Assembly (NCBI GenBank): GCA_964367475.1
Contig: CAYIXQ010000001.1
Location: 1 to 50,312, forward strand
Source: an uncultured Candidatus Saccharibacteria bacterium
Lineage (GTDB): Bacteria; Patescibacteriota; Minisyncoccia; 2-02-FULL-40-12; IGHO2-01-FULL-4-A
Direction of reading: 5' to 3'
DNA length: 50,312 nt
Part shown: piece after piece, positions 46,262 through 50,312 of the stretch
Position numbering within the stretch: position 1 is the stretch's first letter
Layout of the letters: each line of letters opens with the position of its first letter
Program-made: the position numbers and the translations under genes
The notes under the pieces: generated by a model
What the model was told of the DNA's origin: nothing
The model's input: the letters and a program-made list of their open reading frames with translations, nothing else
Database searches by the model: none

Positions 46262-46563
46262 ATGATAGGACTTACACACTTGAGCCACGAAGCCCAATAG
46301 TATTAGGGCTTACCATGGCTCAAGCCACAACAGCGATTCCAATTCTTTGGCGCCCCAGCTTCGCTGGGTCCCCCGCCAAGAATTGGAACCTTCGACGAGC
46401 AGGGTTTGGCCAATTTCTTTGTTAAAATCTACGTTTGAGACTCGCCGTACCTGCTAGTACGTCTCGTCTCAAGCCTCGATTTTGCCTGCTGGGCGAAGGT
46501 TCACGCCGAGGAACTTCGGCGGGAATCGCCCTCGAAATTGGCCAAACGCGTAAGTCCTAATAT
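46262..46563 (+). repeat. Long (~300-nt) structured repeat element, full copy; candidate ncRNA or hairpin-type non-autonomous mobile element
   Basis: No ORF; about 52% G+C by hand count. It has perfect terminal inverted repeats taggacttac (46266..46275) and gtaagtccta (46550..46559). Further complementarities are 46404..46417/46534..46547 (14 bp), 46333..46340/46522..46529 (8 bp) and 46389..46403/46485..46499. Local hairpins lie at 46279..46324, 46339..46386 and 46433..46474. The ~75-nt core is shared with the 112-nt copies. Confidence 0.8.
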
Positions 46564-46566
46564 GAA

Positions 46567-47097
46567 GTGACTCTCTACGGGCTTCCGCCCGTAGCATCAT
46601 TCCAGAGCAAGCGTAGCTTGGCCACTGTCTTCTTTGCCTTGCATGGTAATGTATTTTTTGATGATGGCTTCGTTAATACCGACGGTTGAGACGAAATAGC
46701 CGATCGACCAAATTGTCTCAGAATCAAAGTATCCATGCACGAGAAACGGGAATTTCTTCTTCAGCATACGCGCGGTATTGGCCTTGATGATGCTGACGGC
46801 CTGAGCGATGGAAAGCTTAGGTGCAATGGAACAGAGGATATGAATATGGTCTTCGTCGGTGTTGACTTCGATGATGTATATCTCGGGATGCTGACGTTGA
46901 AGACTTTTCACCAAGAAGCAGAGGTAACGGCCAATACCGCGCTTTAAGAGCTTCCGACGGAATTTGGTCGTGAACACGATGTGATAGCGGGTGTGGTAGA
47001 CCGCATGCGTCTGGCGCTGATAGATAATCACCCTTTTACTCTAGCAGAAGACAGTGGCACCTATCCATCTGCGGGCTGCCGCCCGCAGTTTTAACCG
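46567..47097 (-). mobile_element. Minimal IS200-type (IS200/IS605 family, tnpA-only) insertion sequence
   Basis: tnpA is flanked by two similar, same-orientation subterminal hairpins: ctacgggcTTCCgcccgtag (46575..46594) and ctgcgggcTGCCgcccgcag (47069..47088). On the element's top (minus) strand a TTAC lies just 5' of the left end (47098..47101). The exact ends are estimated. Confidence 0.75.
46597..47031 (-). CDS. tnpA: IS200/IS605-family Y1 (HUH) transposase TnpA
   Basis: YHTRYHIVFTTKFRRKLL, the HUH motif DHIHILCSI and the catalytic Tyr region WSIGYFVSTVG. It is 144 aa with a GTG start. Confidence 0.9.
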   Translation of the reverse strand: MIIYQRQTHAVYHTRYHIVFTTKFRRKLLKRGIGRYLCFLVKSLQRQHPEIYIIEVNTDEDHIHILCSIAPKLSIAQAVSIIKANTARMLKKKFPFLVHGYFDSETIWSIGYFVSTVGINEAIIKKYITMQGKEDSGQATLALE

Positions 47098-47100
47098 GTA

Positions 47101-47124
47101 ATAAAAAACCCCGTTGGACGGGGT
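47101..47124 (-). terminator. Intrinsic terminator of the radical SAM gene
   Basis: The minus strand reads accccgTCCAAcggggTTTTTTAT immediately after the stop at 47132..47134. Confidence 0.7.
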
Positions 47125-47131
47125 GTGGCCG

Positions 47132-48652
47132 CTAACCACGCGGCCGCATATCAAGGATCTTAAATGTCTGGTCTGAATCAACGTAGTTTCTTGCTTCAAG
47201 GAACTCGTCATCAGTCATCTCGCTGAAATGAAGCGGCTGGCCGGTCCTCGGGTCATGGAGAACCTTGACCGCATCATCCAGCTCAAGACAGTATTGTTCG
47301 AAATTTTCATTAAAGATCGGTTCGTATTCTTCTCTGGCCGGGTGGGTTTTGACAAGGGTCAGCCCAAAGACCTCGGAGAGCCGTTGCCTGACCTTCAGGT
47401 GACGAATCATCTTGGTCCCCGGGTACCAGGTCAGAGTGAACATTCTCTGGTTGACGGCGCTAGGTGGGATACCGTGAAGGCCATAGTACTCAATCTGCCA
47501 GAGAATGAATCGGACAGTCTTTTTCAGTTTATCAATGGTTTCGGTCGGCGAGCCCATAATCCAGGTGCAGTTGGAGTGGATACCAAAGAGCACCGTGTGC
47601 ATGATACCAAGGACCATGGCTTTGATTCTTTCCACCCGAACAGCGAAGTTGTCATCTGGGAAGCTCTTGAACACAATTCCGTATTTCTCGATATGTTCGC
47701 GAACTTCAGCAGCTAGATGCCTGGCTGAACGAATACCCCATTTCTGTTCTCCTTGAGCGCCCCGATAGCAGTAAGTGCAGCTATAAGGGCAACCACGGGA
47801 AGAGACAGAGGAGGTTTTGGGTGCCATCGGAAAGTAGGCGGCCGAACTATTTTGAGTTCGCGGATCGCCCCAGGAAGCAGTGTTGATTAATTTTTCGAGG
47901 ATTCTGATGCCATCCACATCTTCTTCAAGCAGAGAGATGTCGGCCCAAGGGAAGATATCAAGGTCTCGCGGGCGGTCGCCTCCATAGACCAGCCGCGGCT
48001 TGCTGCCGATGTCGGTGTAGTAATAGGGCTTAAGCACTCCGCTTGCCAAAGCGTTTCGTCGTCCCCTTTCCCGGATTACCTTGGCATCGTAAGCAATCTT
48101 GATAATAACATCATCTCCTTCGCTGTGGGCGATAGCGTCGAGTTCAGGGATGTAGCCAAAGAGCCCCTTGGGATTGAGTTGAGTTGGTCGTAACTCAGTT
48201 GCCAATCCACCTCCAGAAACAAGCAGTGATTCCGGAAACATTTCTTTCACCATCTTGGCGACTTTCTTCTGCCATCCAAGAGTGGTAATCATGCCCGAAA
48301 GCGCCACTAGATCTGGTTTCCCATGAACTTGGCAGTGTCTTTCGATCTTTCTTTGAACCTCAGCTTCAGAAAGATGCCGTCCATTCTCAAGCTCTTCCGA
48401 TTTTGCCTCTTCGTCCTGAATACGGTAAGCATTCAGGTCGATGGATGTGGCATTCACGCCGTAGTTCTGACGAAGGTTTGTCGTCATCAAAAGTATGCCT
48501 TCAGGGGGAGAAGAAGGTACCGCCTTTTCCCGAAGCGGCATGTTGACGAATGTCACATTCAAACCCTCAAGATCAGGAGCCGAAATATCCTTAACCACCT
48601 CTGAAGGGTGGGTATGGACTTTCGGCTGGAGTACATTCAACGAAACGGCCAT
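47132..48652 (-). CDS. B12-binding-domain radical SAM protein (class B-like), possibly with a shortened core
   Basis: The CxxxCxxC motif lies in SSRGCPYSCTYCY. The N-terminal Rossmann-like region (DLVALSGMITTLGWQKKVAKMV...LLVSGGGLAT) resembles a cobalamin-binding domain. FPDDNF and IMGSPTET motifs are present. The ATG at 48652 has GGGGAGA 8 nt upstream; the ORF extension to 48718 was rejected. Confidence 0.75.
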   Translation of the reverse strand: MAVSLNVLQPKVHTHPSEVVKDISAPDLEGLNVTFVNMPLREKAVPSSPPEGILLMTTNLRQNYGVNATSIDLNAYRIQDEEAKSEELENGRHLSEAEVQRKIERHCQVHGKPDLVALSGMITTLGWQKKVAKMVKEMFPESLLVSGGGLATELRPTQLNPKGLFGYIPELDAIAHSEGDDVIIKIAYDAKVIRERGRRNALASGVLKPYYYTDIGSKPRLVYGGDRPRDLDIFPWADISLLEEDVDGIRILEKLINTASWGDPRTQNSSAAYFPMAPKTSSVSSRGCPYSCTYCYRGAQGEQKWGIRSARHLAAEVREHIEKYGIVFKSFPDDNFAVRVERIKAMVLGIMHTVLFGIHSNCTWIMGSPTETIDKLKKTVRFILWQIEYYGLHGIPPSAVNQRMFTLTWYPGTKMIRHLKVRQRLSEVFGLTLVKTHPAREEYEPIFNENFEQYCLELDDAVKVLHDPRTGQPLHFSEMTDDEFLEARNYVDSDQTFKILDMRPRG

Positions 48653-48700
48653 TTTTTTATTCTCCCCAAAGAGGTCACTATTTGTATAAGAGCTATGTAA

Positions 48701-48729
48701 ATAGTACAGGAAAAACACTCATTTGGCAA
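48701..48729 (-). promoter_or_regulatory. Sigma70-like promoter for the radical SAM gene
   Basis: The minus strand reads TTGCCA (48729..48724), a 17-nt spacer, then TACTAT (48706..48701). Confidence 0.45.
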
Positions 48730-48737
48730 CATTAAAT

Positions 48738-48766
48738 TTGACGATTGTTATTTAGCGTGTTACTTT
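48738..48766 (+). promoter_or_regulatory. Sigma70-like promoter with extended -10; near-leaderless start of the KdsC-like gene
   Basis: TTGACG (48738..48743), a 17-nt spacer ending in TGt, then TACTTT (48761..48766). The ATG at 48774 is 7 nt downstream. Confidence 0.4.
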
Positions 48767-48773
48767 TTAACTT

Positions 48774-49322
48774 ATGCCTAGTAAATCCCTTTTCAAAAAC
48801 GTCGAAATTTTAGCCCTAGATTGCGATGGTGTACTGACCCCGTTGTATATTGACACCGGAATTATTATGACCAAAAAAGCCGCCAGCCAGCATACTGGCC
48901 GCGATTTTGTTTATGTCTTTGAGTCGGCAAGATTTTCTCATAAAGATGGCCAAGGTGTTGATCTTGTTAGAAAAGAAGGAGTCTCGGTATTTATTTTAAC
49001 CACTCAAAGAAGTGGCTATGTTCAAGCTCGTGCTTGGAAGTTGGGCGTCCCGTTAGTGCAGAATAAAGACAAAGTTGCCGGATTGAAAGAGTGGTTGAAG
49101 GAAAATCATCCCAAGACGAGCTTGAAAGATGTGTGTTTTGTCGGTGACAGCACTGGCGATATTGAAATCATGAAAATTGTCGGTCTCTCGGTTTGCGTGG
49201 GGGACGGAGCCAGGGAAGCAAAAAAAGTTGCTAATTATGTTACTAAAGCAAAAGGTGGCGACGGTGCAGTCCGGGAAGTTTGTGATTTGATTATTAAGGC
49301 GAAGAAAGTTTGGAAGAAGTAA
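48774..49322 (+). CDS. HAD-IIIA YrbI/KdsC-family sugar-acid phosphate phosphatase
   Basis: ILALDCDGVLT (DxD nucleophile), FILTTQRS, VGDSTGDIEIM and KAKGGDGAVREVCDLII. Confidence 0.8.
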   Translation: MPSKSLFKNVEILALDCDGVLTPLYIDTGIIMTKKAASQHTGRDFVYVFESARFSHKDGQGVDLVRKEGVSVFILTTQRSGYVQARAWKLGVPLVQNKDKVAGLKEWLKENHPKTSLKDVCFVGDSTGDIEIMKIVGLSVCVGDGAREAKKVANYVTKAKGGDGAVREVCDLIIKAKKVWKK

Positions 49323-49487
49323 ACAAAAACAATTATCTCCAAATATTTGTTGATAATCAGGAAAGCGGCCGACTTATAGCTGAAGAGGTTGGTTGTAAGT
49401 TCGTTGGCATTCACACAGCTAGAAATCAGGCCTGGCACAATAGTCCACGGCCGTTTCCAATCATTCGTTCAATTGAGGAACTTTCTG

Positions 49488-50234
49488 CTATTTGAGAATT
49501 CCTTTTCTTCTTAAGTTCTGGAATTTCATTTCCGCGTCCCGCCACTCGTCAGGAGTATTAATATCGGCCTCGTAGTTGGATGGGTCGGGGATGATATAGA
49601 GCTCAACTTTATTTCCGTACAGATTTGGTTTTTTCTCAAATAGGTTTTTGGGTTTTAGAACATAAATTAGATCATTTCGACCATAGCATTTTTGAGGGAA
49701 ATCCTGGCTTCGGACAATCATGTTTTTTAAGCTCGTTCCGTCAAAAAGGGTGATTTTTCTGGTCTTTGAACGAATTAAAGTCCAGTAGGGCGTATGGTTA
49801 GCCGGAGTTTCGTTAACCGCTATCACCGAATCGACTTTTTTATTTTGGAAGATTTCAATAGCTTCATCAATATGGCGGGTTTGACGAAGAGGTGCTGTCG
49901 GCATTAAAAGCACCACAGCATCGGCTTTATAATTTTCATTTTCCAAAAGCCATTGATAGGCGTGTTTAAGAGTTGGCTCAATGCCGATAGTAGGGATAGC
50001 CAGTTCTGACGGCCTTAAAAATGGGACTTCGGCTCCATGCTTTTTAGCAACCTTGGCGATTTCTTTGTCGTCTGTTGAAACGATAACTCGGTCAAGGTAT
50101 TTGCTTTTTAGCGCGCCCAAAATCGTCCAGACAATCATCGGCTTGCCACAAAAGTCTTTTATGTTTTTTCGGGGTATTCTTTTTGACCCGCCCCGAGCTG
50201 GGATAATAGCCACAATTTTCATCGAAATAATCAT
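49488..50234 (-). CDS. Acylneuraminate cytidylyltransferase-like (NeuA / CTP_transf_3 family) CMP-sugar-acid synthetase
   Basis: KIVAIIPARGGSKRIPRKNI, VIVSTDD and LLMPTAPLR. The start is either 50234 or the ATG at 50222 (MKIVAII). Confidence 0.8.
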   Translation of the reverse strand: MIISMKIVAIIPARGGSKRIPRKNIKDFCGKPMIVWTILGALKSKYLDRVIVSTDDKEIAKVAKKHGAEVPFLRPSELAIPTIGIEPTLKHAYQWLLENENYKADAVVLLMPTAPLRQTRHIDEAIEIFQNKKVDSVIAVNETPANHTPYWTLIRSKTRKITLFDGTSLKNMIVRSQDFPQKCYGRNDLIYVLKPKNLFEKKPNLYGNKVELYIIPDPSNYEADINTPDEWRDAEMKFQNLRRKGILK

Positions 50235-50312
50235 AACAAAAAAACTGAACTTGTCAAATATTTCATTGCCAACCTATGCCCAATGTGGTACTATTTTTTA
50301 GGCTGAAAAAGC

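Noticed and set aside
46262-46563. An omega-RNA/reRNA or degenerate tnpB region belonging to the adjacent IS200/IS605 element, or a retron msr/msd.
   Set aside because: There is no TnpB, IscB or reverse transcriptase ORF. The two matching subterminal hairpins delimit the IS at ~46567..47097 and exclude this region. Three other copies occur with no IS next to them.
117-48718. Longest-ORF start codons at 117, 494, 8138, 18578, 19223, 21243, 27917, 28995, 36891 and 48718.
   Set aside because: Internal in-frame starts fit better. They give family-typical N-termini (signal peptide, GT2 ...IIPVYNE, MKIF..., MRILYIAN..., MENIACDYCG). They also give ATGA/4-nt coupling with the upstream stop or a Shine-Dalgarno at proper spacing. 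The upstream extensions overlap neighbouring genes or terminators.
1-50312. Alternative genetic code (TGA read as Gly, as in Gracilibacteria/SR1).
   Set aside because: TGA ends several ORFs at family-consistent lengths (for example 8193, 21336, 33701, 36868 and 41195). No conserved domain is interrupted by an in-frame TGA.
1-50312. tRNA, rRNA, tmRNA, RNase P or SRP RNA genes in the intergenic regions.
   Set aside because: I inspected the longer intergenic stretches by eye (14018..14178, 24874..24997, 28820..29012, 29451..29760, 46248..46596, 49323..49487). No cloverleaf or conserved core motif such as GGTTCGAATCC or GAGGAAAGTCC was seen.

Overview
AT-rich (about 37-40% G+C by hand count), very gene-dense bacterial DNA. 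ATGA/4-nt overlaps are frequent, many genes lack a Shine-Dalgarno, and TGA acts as a stop, so this is the standard code. The protein content suggests a Patescibacteria/CPR-like organism, but that is inference only. Positions ~4.3-46.2 kb form one large glycan synthesis and glycosylation locus. I count about 10 GT-B (GT1/GT4-like) glycosyltransferases, 3 GT2 polyprenyl-phosphate-sugar-synthase-like genes and 4 GT-C-like membrane transferases (two of them in unusual fusions). There are also 4 SDR sugar epimerase/dehydratase/reductases, an RmlC-like cupin, a formyltransferase plus DegT aminotransferase pair, 6 SAM methyltransferases (2 sugar C-methyltransferase-like), a NodU-type carbamoyltransferase and a 2OG-oxygenase-like gene. 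I recognised no initiating phosphoglycosyltransferase, Wzx/Wzy or ABC exporter. Candidate substrates are encoded alongside: a 1246-aa Cys/Pro/Ser/Thr-rich secreted repeat protein (518..4258) and a three-gene secreted-protein operon (24998..27869). The right end holds a minimal IS200-type element, a higher-GC B12-type radical SAM gene, and KdsC-like and NeuA-like genes. The most unusual signal is non-coding. A family of ~50% G+C, highly self-complementary elements occurs four times in two size classes. Two 112-nt copies bracket the rmlC-like gene. Two ~300-nt copies in inverted orientation bracket the whole locus, and one of these is cut by the window edge. The two size classes differ by a compensatory base-pair change, and I cannot assign the element to any RNA or IS family I know. 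No rRNA, tRNA or CRISPR was found.
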